From: Promethearchaeota archaeon
GTDB taxonomy: Archaea; Asgardarchaeota; Lokiarchaeia; Sigyniarchaeales; SOKP01
Assembly: GCA_030599585.1 (NCBI GenBank)
Contig: JAUVNS010000010.1
Coordinates: 144,826-208,825 of the forward strand
Length of the DNA: 64,000 nucleotides
Direction: 5' to 3'
Shown: positions 45,177-54,339 of the stretch, one piece after another
Numbering within the stretch: the stretch's first letter is position 1
Layout of the letters: each line of letters begins with the position of its first letter
Notes under the pieces: generated by a model
Databases searched by the model: none
What the model was told of the DNA's origin: nothing
Seen by the model: only the letters and a program-made list of their open reading frames with translations
Made by a program: the position numbers and the translations under genes

Positions 45177-45755
45177 TTAATCTGATATTACATTGCCTTC
45201 TATCTTTAATAGGCTTCTTTTTAGATTGGTTTGCCAATCCTCATCCATTTTTCCCATAAAACCGCCAAGCTTTCCATCGGTTTTAATCACGCGGTGACAA
45301 GGTACCACTAAGGGTAATGGATTATTCCTAAGAACACCCCCTACAGCACGATAAGCTTTTGAATTAATACTTTTTGCTAAATCTGAATAAGTAGTTATCT
45401 CACCCGGTTTTACCTTTAGAAGAGATTTTAAAATACTCTCAGAGAATGGAGTACTGAATTTTCCATCGAGATTATACAATATATCTATTTCTTTTAAGGC
45501 TTTGAATAAATTCGTTTTACCATCCTTTAAGTATGCGTTGATGATACTCTGCATTTCCGATAAAATGGAATATACTTTTTCATCATTTTTATTAACCAAT
45601 TTTAATTTATTATCCTTCACATGCTTTAAAATATCCGATTCCTCTTTGAAGAAATCGATCTCTCTCAGAGTTATAATATTTTGAGTTTTCTTATGGTTGT
45701 AAAGAATAAATATAAATGGATCAATATCATCTGGTTTAAAATAATATGCGGGAAT
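45177..45755 (-). CDS. ogt: O6-methylguanine-DNA methyltransferase; frame is open upstream of the annotated GTG (45620) to a TAG at 45768-45770, start uncertain
   Basis: PGEITTYSDLA, RAVG, PCHRV active site. An in-frame ATT at 45755 lies 8 nt after a GAGGT RBS. Confidence 0.85.
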   Translation of the reverse strand: MPAYYFKPDDIDPFIFILYNHKKTQNIITLREIDFFKEESDILKHVKDNKLKLVNKNDEKVYSILSEMQSIINAYLKDGKTNLFKALKEIDILYNLDGKFSTPFSESILKSLLKVKPGEITTYSDLAKSINSKAYRAVGGVLRNNPLPLVVPCHRVIKTDGKLGGFMGKMDEDWQTNLKRSLLKIEGNVISD

Positions 45756-45874
45756 ATCAACTGACCTCTAATTTTTTAAATATAACAATTTCATAGGTAG
45801 ATACAATATAGCTATCATTTCGATAAGTATATAAAATGAATCTATTATCTCAATAATAACAATAATTGGTTTTA
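45716..45874 (+). repeat. Direct repeat copy 1 (ogt 5' end plus divergent promoter region)
   Basis: 140/159 nt identical, ungapped, to 54116-54274 (offset exactly 8400). Confidence 0.92.
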
Positions 45875-45909
45875 ATGGTTATAACATAAAATGTTTTGAA
45901 CTAATAATC

Positions 45910-46944
45910 ATGCTACGTCAAGTATATATCTTAAAGGATGGTAATATAATTTACGAAAGAGACTTTGGAAAAGTATTAACTTTTGAAAGATTTCAAAGTA
46001 TTTATCAAGAAATACAAGGAGAACTCTCTCGTGGACTTTTAGATGATTTTGGAAGCACTCACTTTTTTAAATATAGAATTATATATACGATAGACAGCGA
46101 ATTAAATTTACTCTTCATATTCATAATCGGATTCAACGACGATATAGAAACTGTTAAACGATTATTAAAAAAATTAAAAACGGAATTTTTAGTAACTTTT
46201 GGTGATATTATCGATAATTTAGACCCATCCCTCCTTGAAATCTTTGATCCTTTGATAGAATCAATTCATAAAAAAATTAGAACTAAAATCTCGTTGGTAG
46301 GATTTTCAGGAGTCGGGAAAACAACCATTACAAGATTAATAAGCGCTGAAGAAATTCCCGAGACGCATATTCCTACAATAACGGGAAAAGTTTCTACGAT
46401 TAAAATTGGAAAATTAGTATTTCATTTATGGGATTTTGCTGGCCAAGAACAATTTAGTTATTTGTGGAGCGATTTTATCTATGGAAGCGATGCTGTTCTC
46501 TTAATTACTGATTCCACTTTAGAAAATGTAGAGAAAAGTAGATATTTTGTCGAATTAATAAAAGAACAAACTCCAAATGCACATTCTGCTGCTATTGCAA
46601 ATAAACAAGATCGAGAAAATGCCTTAAGTGTTGAAAAGATTGAAGAAATTCTCGGAATAAAAGCATATTCGATGATAGCAATTGAATCGAACAATCGAGA
46701 TAAAATGATTCAAATCGTTGCAGACATCTTGGAAATGAACACTGAAGCATCAGTTCTCTTAAAACCAATATTTGAAAGAGACAAATTAATCCAATTAGCA
46801 AGGAAAAGTTTAGAAAATGGAGATATTGCTGAAAGCGTAGAATATTTTGATAAAATCGCAGATATTTGTCTGAGTTTGGGAGATGATGCTCTCTATAAAG
46901 AATTTTACGAAAAAGCTGAAAAATTTAAGCGATATCTTATTTAA
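45910..46944 (+). CDS. Small Ras-superfamily (Arf/Rab-like) GTPase with N-terminal longin-like and C-terminal helical domains
   Basis: G1 GFSGVGKT, G2 PT, G3 WDFAGQ, G4 NKQD. N-terminus MLRQVYILKDGNIIYER.. is longin-like, C-terminus TPR/MIT-like. Confidence 0.88.
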   Translation: MLRQVYILKDGNIIYERDFGKVLTFERFQSIYQEIQGELSRGLLDDFGSTHFFKYRIIYTIDSELNLLFIFIIGFNDDIETVKRLLKKLKTEFLVTFGDIIDNLDPSLLEIFDPLIESIHKKIRTKISLVGFSGVGKTTITRLISAEEIPETHIPTITGKVSTIKIGKLVFHLWDFAGQEQFSYLWSDFIYGSDAVLLITDSTLENVEKSRYFVELIKEQTPNAHSAAIANKQDRENALSVEKIEEILGIKAYSMIAIESNNRDKMIQIVADILEMNTEASVLLKPIFERDKLIQLARKSLENGDIAESVEYFDKIADICLSLGDDALYKEFYEKAEKFKRYLI

Positions 46945-47036
46945 AATCTAATCTATAGTTATTGTACTGTTACAACAAATCTCTTCTTAAAAAGTAGAAT
47001 CTATTTTTCAAAAATAAAAAAATATTTAAATAAAAA

Positions 47037-48140
47037 TTATTTTTTAGAATTTGTTTTAGGTTTATAAGGTCGATATGTATCTTCAAGTACATTTAGATAC
47101 TCGATTAATACTCCATCGGATTTTGATTTTACATCATATTGGTGGAGGATAATATTTAAAATATATCTGGGGTACACAAGGGAAACCTGTAAATCAGAGA
47201 GTAATGCGTAATATTCCGTTCCTTGTCCATTTTGGAACATATACATAACTTTATTTTCCAATAATTTTTTGATTCCGCCATCGATATCATCAACCCCTTT
47301 TTTTCTAAGTTTTTCTATACTACTTCTAGTTACTATTGAAATTCTCAGTAATTTAAGTATTTCATATAATTGTGGATCAGTTAGAATTTTTATCAATTTT
47401 AAGTTATCTTCTTCCGAGGGACGATAATTTTGGAAATAAGTTCTAACTTCAGCATTATAAGTTGCGACTAAGGATTCAGGAAGACCTCGTTCTATAGGTT
47501 CCCTCAATATTTTGATAGGTGGGCGTCTAATTGTGAAAATATCGTTAATTAAAAAGATTAACTCAGAAGGCATTCCCTTTACAGAAGATTCTTTTATAAT
47601 CTCTTTTTTAATCAGTTCAATTAAAATCCCGTCAATATCAAAGAAGCCTCTATAATATTTTTCCTTCATCCATACCTTTAGTTCTGATTTCGAGACAACT
47701 CCTTCATCCCTTAGTCTATTTATGAGTAATCTATTTATCTCATCTTCATAAGTTAAAGCAAGAGCTTGTTCTTGATTCAGATGTGGGTAAGCAGAAAGGC
47801 GCTGAAATAAGAATGGAACCATTTCGAGATAAGCTTGATCTTCGTAATTTTGAATGATTATACGAGATACATCTGCTAATCCACCTTCGTACGCGTCAGG
47901 ATCGTCATCTAAATTCAAAAGTAATACGATGTATAATGGTTTATCTCCTCCGGTATAATAAGAGGCTATATTCAAATGCCCAACCATTAAACTAATCATT
48001 CCTGGTTCTGCTGTGTATTCATGAGCAGCATAGATTTGCATTAAAGTTTCATCAGTTATGATGAGTTCTTCGGGATACTTTGAAATAATATCAGTACTAA
48101 TCTTTGGGTCCCATCTCATTAGGATTAATCCAATTGGCAT
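47037..48140 (-). CDS. uDENN/longin-like domain plus winged-helix protein
   Basis: N-terminus MPIGLILMRWD...KYP is paralogous to 55417-55794. Two wHTH-like segments follow. The ATG overlaps the upstream TAA (TAATG). Confidence 0.6.
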   Translation of the reverse strand: MPIGLILMRWDPKISTDIISKYPEELIITDETLMQIYAAHEYTAEPGMISLMVGHLNIASYYTGGDKPLYIVLLLNLDDDPDAYEGGLADVSRIIIQNYEDQAYLEMVPFLFQRLSAYPHLNQEQALALTYEDEINRLLINRLRDEGVVSKSELKVWMKEKYYRGFFDIDGILIELIKKEIIKESSVKGMPSELIFLINDIFTIRRPPIKILREPIERGLPESLVATYNAEVRTYFQNYRPSEEDNLKLIKILTDPQLYEILKLLRISIVTRSSIEKLRKKGVDDIDGGIKKLLENKVMYMFQNGQGTEYYALLSDLQVSLVYPRYILNIILHQYDVKSKSDGVLIEYLNVLEDTYRPYKPKTNSKK

Positions 48141-51100
48141 TAGTCTCTGTCACCTCCTTTTTTACTCTTTTTCGCTTTTAATGGAGTAGGTTTTAATTTC
48201 AAATCAACGATACCTAAAGATTTTTCAAGTGAAAGTTCCAATTCTTTCCAATCATCTCCATACAATTTCACCATCATTTGATCTTTTGTTTTGGTAAGAT
48301 GGGATTCAGTTATAGCCTTTTTAGATTTGATAGAGCCCTTTACCTTTCTTATTTTTTTAACGAATTTTGGAATTCTAGCTTGTTGAATGACTCTATAAGT
48401 TATTAAACTTCCAGCAATACCAATTGTAGCGGCAAGAATTAAGATAAAGTAAAACATGGGCATACCAGAGAAGATTTCGGTCATCTGAACAACAACAGTA
48501 AAATCACTAGTTTCAGAAGTAAAATTTGCTTTTTCAATGATGAGTGTACCGATAAAAGTTTCAGGCGCTATAAATGGCTCAGCTATAGGTAGTGTGTTAA
48601 CTGTATAACTACCATCATTATTATCAAAAATTCCTCCCGTAACAGTACCATATTCAATTCCTTTTATTGTGAAAGTTAAATATGCCCCAATAACAGGAAC
48701 TGAGTTATTATTAGGATCAGTGAGTGTTATTTGGAATTGTACAGTCCCCCCAGAAACTAAATTTATTCTAGTATCAATGGAAAAATTTATAGAAAACACT
48801 CTCACATGAATAGTTAGAGATATTATTGCAATTCTAAAATCATGATTGTCCTTACTTAACGTAACTACAACAGAATACTCTCCTACTTGAAGGGTTTCTG
48901 TGTCAAGGTCTAGAATATATTGATGATCGGCAGTTTCATGTAAAAATCCTAAAATAGTACTACCAGGGATTATATCTCCATTGTTATCACGTTTGTTAAG
49001 AATAAAACTCTTCTCATCAGCATTCCATATCCTATTATTTGTTAGAACGTCAGTAAAATCAAATGTGAAGTTAAGAGAATCTAGTACATAAAATTCTCGA
49101 CGTAGATATAAAGCATCTTCATTAGTATTCAATAGTGTAGGCCTGTTAATGATAGTAATTATGAGATTAGGGTTAGGCACTCCGATGCTAAAGTTTTGTT
49201 TCACAGCTGATATACTAATAATATAAGAACCTATTTCAGTTACATTACCAGTATCAAAGAAAAATGAATAATATCCCGGACCTTTTACTCCATCTGGGTT
49301 TACTTGCCCTGATCCAAAAGCCCAACTATATGTGACAGTTGCGCCCGTAATTGGGGAACTAGAAATCAATTCTCCAAAATAAAATGTTATCCCAAAGGTT
49401 TGATTCCAATATTCTGTAAGTGAATAAGATGGAAATATAGTACCTGTGGTATAATTATGAATAGTCAGATCTGTTAACACCGATTGTACTTTAAACAAAA
49501 TTTGAAGTGGTTCTGGAGGAGTCCATACCGTTGGTGTAGTTTTACTAGCATAAATAGCTATATAATAAGATTCGCCTCCGATAAAAGACAATTGCGATGT
49601 ATTGAAAGTATAGCTGTAGATACCCATAGAAGTGTTATAGTTAATTAAATTGATCGATGGACCGTAAGAATTTAAAGATTCATCGAGGAATTGGAGAGTT
49701 ACCGTAGTAGGATGTGATGAATTTTGTGGATTTGATTGATACTGGGTTGTAAAGTTAAACGTGAAAGTGACATTATCTCTCCAATAGATATCTGTAAGAA
49801 AGTTTGATGGATTTTGGGATATTAAAGTTAAGAAGGATCGGTAATCTGTTTGTATAAAAGTGATAACAAGAGAGCTTGATACAACCTGAGAAGTATAGTT
49901 TTGTTTTTCAAAGGTAACTGTGATTGTATAAGTTCCATTTGGTAAACTTGCTGTATCAAAACCAATGAGATAGTATATTTCCTTATTTGTATCATATCCA
50001 AGAGAACCACTACCGGATGCTGTACCATTATATGTATATGATTGCGTATCTAAATTAGTTATAGACGTACTAGTTAAATTATCTGTGTAAAAATATGTAA
50101 AATTCTTAATTTCTCCTGTATTAATAAAAAACGCACCTGTGGATTCATTTACAGATGTAAGACGTTCTTCAATTGTCAAAGAAAGTACTGCATTTCTTAA
50201 TTCATAATTTATTTTACGGAAAGTTAGAAACACAAAATAATCTCCAAGTTCCATTAATTCAGTATCAAGGTCTAAAATATATCTATGATCAAAAGTTTCA
50301 TTTAATAGGCCAATTTTGTTTGCCCCTGGAATTGGATCTCCAAATTCATCAAGTTTCTGCCAATTATAACTCGCTTCATCTGGATTTGAAATTCGAGTTA
50401 AACTTAAAACATCTGTATAATTGAATTCAATAGTTTCCGTTTCTAATGCAAATACACTTTCACTAAGAAAAATCACAATATTGCTACCATTGAGAAACGT
50501 TTCTCTTTCTGTAATACTGATAGACGTTAAAATGCTCTGCGTAGTATAATTTTCCAGCGTTGCTGTTACTACAATTGATCTCACACCCCATACTGCTGCT
50601 ATTGATGTATCTATAGTTGTTGTAAAATATCCTATATTAATAGGATCTTCATAAAATTGAATAGGGTCAAGGCCAAGCCATTCGTAAGTCAATGTAGCAT
50701 CTGTGAGTGGAGAATTTGAGACATTATAATATTTAACTGTTAAATTAATAGATTCACCAAAAGTTTGTGAAATCTCACTTATTTCTACTGAAACATTATT
50801 ATAATCATGTAATGATAGAACTGTCCCTTTTCCTTCTACATAAAGCGTTGTAATTTCATCACCTTGAAGAGTATAAGGACTTTTAGTACCAGTAATTACA
50901 AGTTTATAAAAAACACCAGCTAATCCTGCAGATAATATAGATGAATTAAATTCTTTCATATAATATCCTGGTGACCCTATAGGGTCCATATTATAAGTAT
51001 ATAGTACCTCTGTTCCGAGCTGTACTTTTAGTTGTATCGAGTCCGGAACAGTTACCGCACTATCAGTTAACCAATTATCCTCTGTTTTATTAAAGAACAC

Positions 51101-53836
51101 TTGAACTGAAACATTATTCCCCCATATTACTTCCTCTGGAGATATTAGATTATCAAATTTTAGTTTGTATTCACTTGGATCTATAGCCCCCATGTCAATA
51201 TCGAATTCGAGAGTAAAATTATACTTTAACAAGGAATAATTGTACCATCCAACATAATTATTTGGTGCCCATTGATTGGGATCAGGCCCCGATACATTGA
51301 AAGTATCTTGAATAGTAGCACCTTCCCATCTAACTGAAAAATTATAATAGTATCCTCTTAAGAACATAAAAGGTAAGTCATTATTTGAGAAAGCATAACT
51401 ATCTCTACTCTTATCGGATGTTAAAGTAGTTGTTACAATATTTCCTAATATAGTTGAATTAGATTTTATTGTAACTATAGCATCTGAAATAGTAGCTCCA
51501 TCCCCAAGAACTCTTATATTTAGTTTTGAAATTGCTGTTTTGTTAAAAACATGCAAGGCTTCAGTCGTATTTATTTTTATTTCTCCCGTACATTGTGATG
51601 TATTTACACCCCAAACATCTATGAGTAAGCCATACGCTAAACGATTTTCGCTACTTAACATAGAATTAACGACAGTCATAAGATCAATATTTATATTATC
51701 ATCTGTAGCTCCACTATAACTTTCATCAAAGAAAATACGATGATTTATTGTATCTGTGTTATTAGAAGAATCTATGTAATAAACTGAAACATTTGTGAGG
51801 GGTTCATTATTTTGTATTGATATAGATACATTTATTAATTTTATATCCGATATCATTGTCATCGAATCATTCATATAGATTCGCTTTTTAACATTATATT
51901 GACTTGATGGTGGTTCTTGATTATTTTCATTGATATTAAGTGTATGAAATTGGTGTTTATCACCATCAGGATATTTTGCATAATTATCTCTCCATATATA
52001 GCTGGCATTTAATGGCGTTGGATTTAGAGAATAATCAGTATTGTTGAAATAGACTTGATAATAATAAAATGAGCGATTTAACCACCGAAACGTTGCTTTT
52101 CCATCATTACTGAGCTGAAGAATATCGAGTGCAGCACCTCCTTTACTATAACTAACATTGATGTATCCATACGTTAAAGGATAGCCGCCATAATCTACAA
52201 TTTCAAAGTCAATTGTAGACATATTTAGTATCAACTCATACACTTTACCTGAACCATCAATTAGAAATTCTGTCGAAATAATTTTGCTATCATACACGAC
52301 TTCTTCTAATCCAGAATACGGTATTGTGTAGTTTACAGAAACATTATAGCTTCCATAAGCCACATTGGAAAAGCTAACAGAACCATCTTCTTCAGAAGTC
52401 TCATATGGTCCTATTGTTGTTGGATCCCCATACTCTTCCATTATCGTCACTTCTGCGTTAGGAACAATTCTTCCATCAACATCCTTCGTTATAAATGTAG
52501 CACTCCCAGCAACCTCTTGAACATCATCATTCAATGCGGTATTTAGTTCATAGTTGAATGAAACATCGTCTACTTGTGTAAATGCTGTTTGAAAACCACT
52601 ATCATCTTTACCATAAGTTCCAATTTCTAAAAATAAAAGTCTTCCCATATCACTTGCATCCAATTCAATTTCAAATTTACCAGTTATTTCTCCATCATTA
52701 CTATAAGGTGTAGGACCTGGATCATTTCTTGTATCATAATAATCTGAGGGTGATAATGTATCAACAACAAAAGTATAACCTAAAGCATCTCTAGCCTCAT
52801 ACTGTTCTTTTGCTTCCAGATCAATATTACGATGCACATCTACATCTGAAGAGTAATCTTCACACAACCTAATATAAAATCCCAGTGGATGTGAGTCTTT
52901 TGTGTTATAAACTCTAAAGTTTCTATAAACTTCTAACTTAAGATCAACATCTCCTTCTAATGTTGGAACTATAAAAGGGTAAGTATAGAGCGTTCCTTCA
53001 AAATCATGACCCTCGGCAGGGGGGTCAGGGTCATCCGCAGTTTCTAACCAAGAGCCTAAATCCCCCCATTTAAAAGACCAATTACCAAAAGTTCTCTCTT
53101 GATTATTATTCGACTCAGTAAGTTCATGCATATAATTCAAATTATCCTCTCCTGCTCCATCAATATCATAGTCGATGGGTGCTGCATTAGTATAAGTCCA
53201 TCCAAATACTTCAGTTGTAAGTTTTTGTCCAGTTTCACCATCTAATTCAAAATCCCCATTTCTAATCCAGCCCATTGCATCTTTTGTATTATTTGATGCA
53301 GTATCCATATAATAGTCAGGATCCACTGTTTCTTGAGCACTGCCATTAAAATATAAAAAGACGTTATCAGTATCAATATTATCTGGAGATAAACCAATAT
53401 CTACATCAAACCAAACAGTTACAAAATCAGTGTTAGGATAATCTTTTTTATAATAATATTTTCTAAGTACACCATCTTGAACAATTCTAATATCTGATAG
53501 GTCCCCATTCATTGGATAATCTGGTGTACCCTCTGTATGTTCTGTATAATTAAATATTATTGAAGTGGTATAATTAGTAAAAGCAACATCTCCCAATGGA
53601 TAGGTAACATTTATTAGTCGTCTATATCTCCAAGAACCATCCCACCAGGATGCACTACTTATTTTACTGGGGCGAGGGCTCTCAATGGGTTCTGGGAGAA
53701 TATTATTAACTTCATTAAAATTAGTTTCTGAATCGCTGTTATTCATTGGAAAAACCATGAACATGCTTGAAACCAAAAATATTAAAAGGAAAGTTAAGGT
53801 CTCTATTTGCGTTTTTACTCTTCGATTTCTTGTCAT
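48140..53836 (-). CDS. 1898-aa cell-surface protein (DUF2341-like N-terminus, Ig-like repeats, C-terminal TM and basic cytoplasmic tail)
   Basis: Signal peptide/anchor, WWDGSWRYRR..DIRIV DUF2341-like start, many NxS/T sequons, duplicated about 110-aa beta domains (H.YILDLDTE twice), TM FYFILILAATIGIAGSLI. Confidence 0.82.
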   Translation of the reverse strand: MTRNRRVKTQIETLTFLLIFLVSSMFMVFPMNNSDSETNFNEVNNILPEPIESPRPSKISSASWWDGSWRYRRLINVTYPLGDVAFTNYTTSIIFNYTEHTEGTPDYPMNGDLSDIRIVQDGVLRKYYYKKDYPNTDFVTVWFDVDIGLSPDNIDTDNVFLYFNGSAQETVDPDYYMDTASNNTKDAMGWIRNGDFELDGETGQKLTTEVFGWTYTNAAPIDYDIDGAGEDNLNYMHELTESNNNQERTFGNWSFKWGDLGSWLETADDPDPPAEGHDFEGTLYTYPFIVPTLEGDVDLKLEVYRNFRVYNTKDSHPLGFYIRLCEDYSSDVDVHRNIDLEAKEQYEARDALGYTFVVDTLSPSDYYDTRNDPGPTPYSNDGEITGKFEIELDASDMGRLLFLEIGTYGKDDSGFQTAFTQVDDVSFNYELNTALNDDVQEVAGSATFITKDVDGRIVPNAEVTIMEEYGDPTTIGPYETSEEDGSVSFSNVAYGSYNVSVNYTIPYSGLEEVVYDSKIISTEFLIDGSGKVYELILNMSTIDFEIVDYGGYPLTYGYINVSYSKGGAALDILQLSNDGKATFRWLNRSFYYYQVYFNNTDYSLNPTPLNASYIWRDNYAKYPDGDKHQFHTLNINENNQEPPSSQYNVKKRIYMNDSMTMISDIKLINVSISIQNNEPLTNVSVYYIDSSNNTDTINHRIFFDESYSGATDDNINIDLMTVVNSMLSSENRLAYGLLIDVWGVNTSQCTGEIKINTTEALHVFNKTAISKLNIRVLGDGATISDAIVTIKSNSTILGNIVTTTLTSDKSRDSYAFSNNDLPFMFLRGYYYNFSVRWEGATIQDTFNVSGPDPNQWAPNNYVGWYNYSLLKYNFTLEFDIDMGAIDPSEYKLKFDNLISPEEVIWGNNVSVQVFFNKTEDNWLTDSAVTVPDSIQLKVQLGTEVLYTYNMDPIGSPGYYMKEFNSSILSAGLAGVFYKLVITGTKSPYTLQGDEITTLYVEGKGTVLSLHDYNNVSVEISEISQTFGESINLTVKYYNVSNSPLTDATLTYEWLGLDPIQFYEDPINIGYFTTTIDTSIAAVWGVRSIVVTATLENYTTQSILTSISITERETFLNGSNIVIFLSESVFALETETIEFNYTDVLSLTRISNPDEASYNWQKLDEFGDPIPGANKIGLLNETFDHRYILDLDTELMELGDYFVFLTFRKINYELRNAVLSLTIEERLTSVNESTGAFFINTGEIKNFTYFYTDNLTSTSITNLDTQSYTYNGTASGSGSLGYDTNKEIYYLIGFDTASLPNGTYTITVTFEKQNYTSQVVSSSLVITFIQTDYRSFLTLISQNPSNFLTDIYWRDNVTFTFNFTTQYQSNPQNSSHPTTVTLQFLDESLNSYGPSINLINYNTSMGIYSYTFNTSQLSFIGGESYYIAIYASKTTPTVWTPPEPLQILFKVQSVLTDLTIHNYTTGTIFPSYSLTEYWNQTFGITFYFGELISSSPITGATVTYSWAFGSGQVNPDGVKGPGYYSFFFDTGNVTEIGSYIISISAVKQNFSIGVPNPNLIITIINRPTLLNTNEDALYLRREFYVLDSLNFTFDFTDVLTNNRIWNADEKSFILNKRDNNGDIIPGSTILGFLHETADHQYILDLDTETLQVGEYSVVVTLSKDNHDFRIAIISLTIHVRVFSINFSIDTRINLVSGGTVQFQITLTDPNNNSVPVIGAYLTFTIKGIEYGTVTGGIFDNNDGSYTVNTLPIAEPFIAPETFIGTLIIEKANFTSETSDFTVVVQMTEIFSGMPMFYFILILAATIGIAGSLITYRVIQQARIPKFVKKIRKVKGSIKSKKAITESHLTKTKDQMMVKLYGDDWKELELSLEKSLGIVDLKLKPTPLKAKKSKKGGDRD

Positions 53837-54101
53837 TTATTCAAACCTCAGTTTAAAATTTATTTTATTTTTTATACTATAAACTAACAATTAAAAATAA
53901 ATTATTAAAAATAATATGTCAAAAGTTTATTAAAACATTATGCTTCTCATTAAATTCTTAATTATACTAAATGAGTCAGAAACGCGAATAATCTGATTCT
54001 TATTCACCTTATCAAGCTTGTTTGTCTAATAAAAGAAACATTTTTCTTTTTTTATGGTTTTTTAGATTATCTATTATTAAATTTCTTAAAAATTCAGTTT
54101 T

Positions 54102-54194
54102 TTAAATGCTAACATATGGATCAATAACTTCTAATTTAAAATAATAAACGGGAATTTCAACTAACCTCTCCTTCTTTAAATATAACAATTTCAT
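54102..54194 (-). pseudogene. Truncated duplicate of the ogt 5' end
   Basis: MKLLYLKKERLVEIPVYYFKLEVIDPYVSI* versus MKLLYLKN*RSVDIPAYYFKPDDIDPFIF in the ogt frame. Confidence 0.7.
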
Positions 54195-54274
54195 AGGTAG
54201 ATATAATGTACTTATCATTTCGATAAGTATATAAATTGAATCTATTATCTCAATAATAGCAAAAAATGGTTTTA
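54116..54274 (+). repeat. Direct repeat copy 2
   Basis: 140/159 nt identical to 45716-45874. Confidence 0.92.
54209..54229. promoter_or_regulatory. Palindromic candidate operator next to a TATA-like box
   Basis: TACTTATC-ATTTC-GATAAGTA perfect 8-bp inverted repeat running into TATATAAA. An imperfect version is present at 45809-45829. Confidence 0.4.
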
Positions 54275-54339
54275 CTTATTATAAAATAAAACTCTATTTT
54301 TAAAAAAAAAAAAAATTTAGAATAGTTTTAATTAAAGAA

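Noticed and set aside
45716-54274. Composite transposon or provirus
   Set aside because: No transposase, integrase, terminal inverted repeats or viral genes. The repeat is host promoter/ogt sequence.
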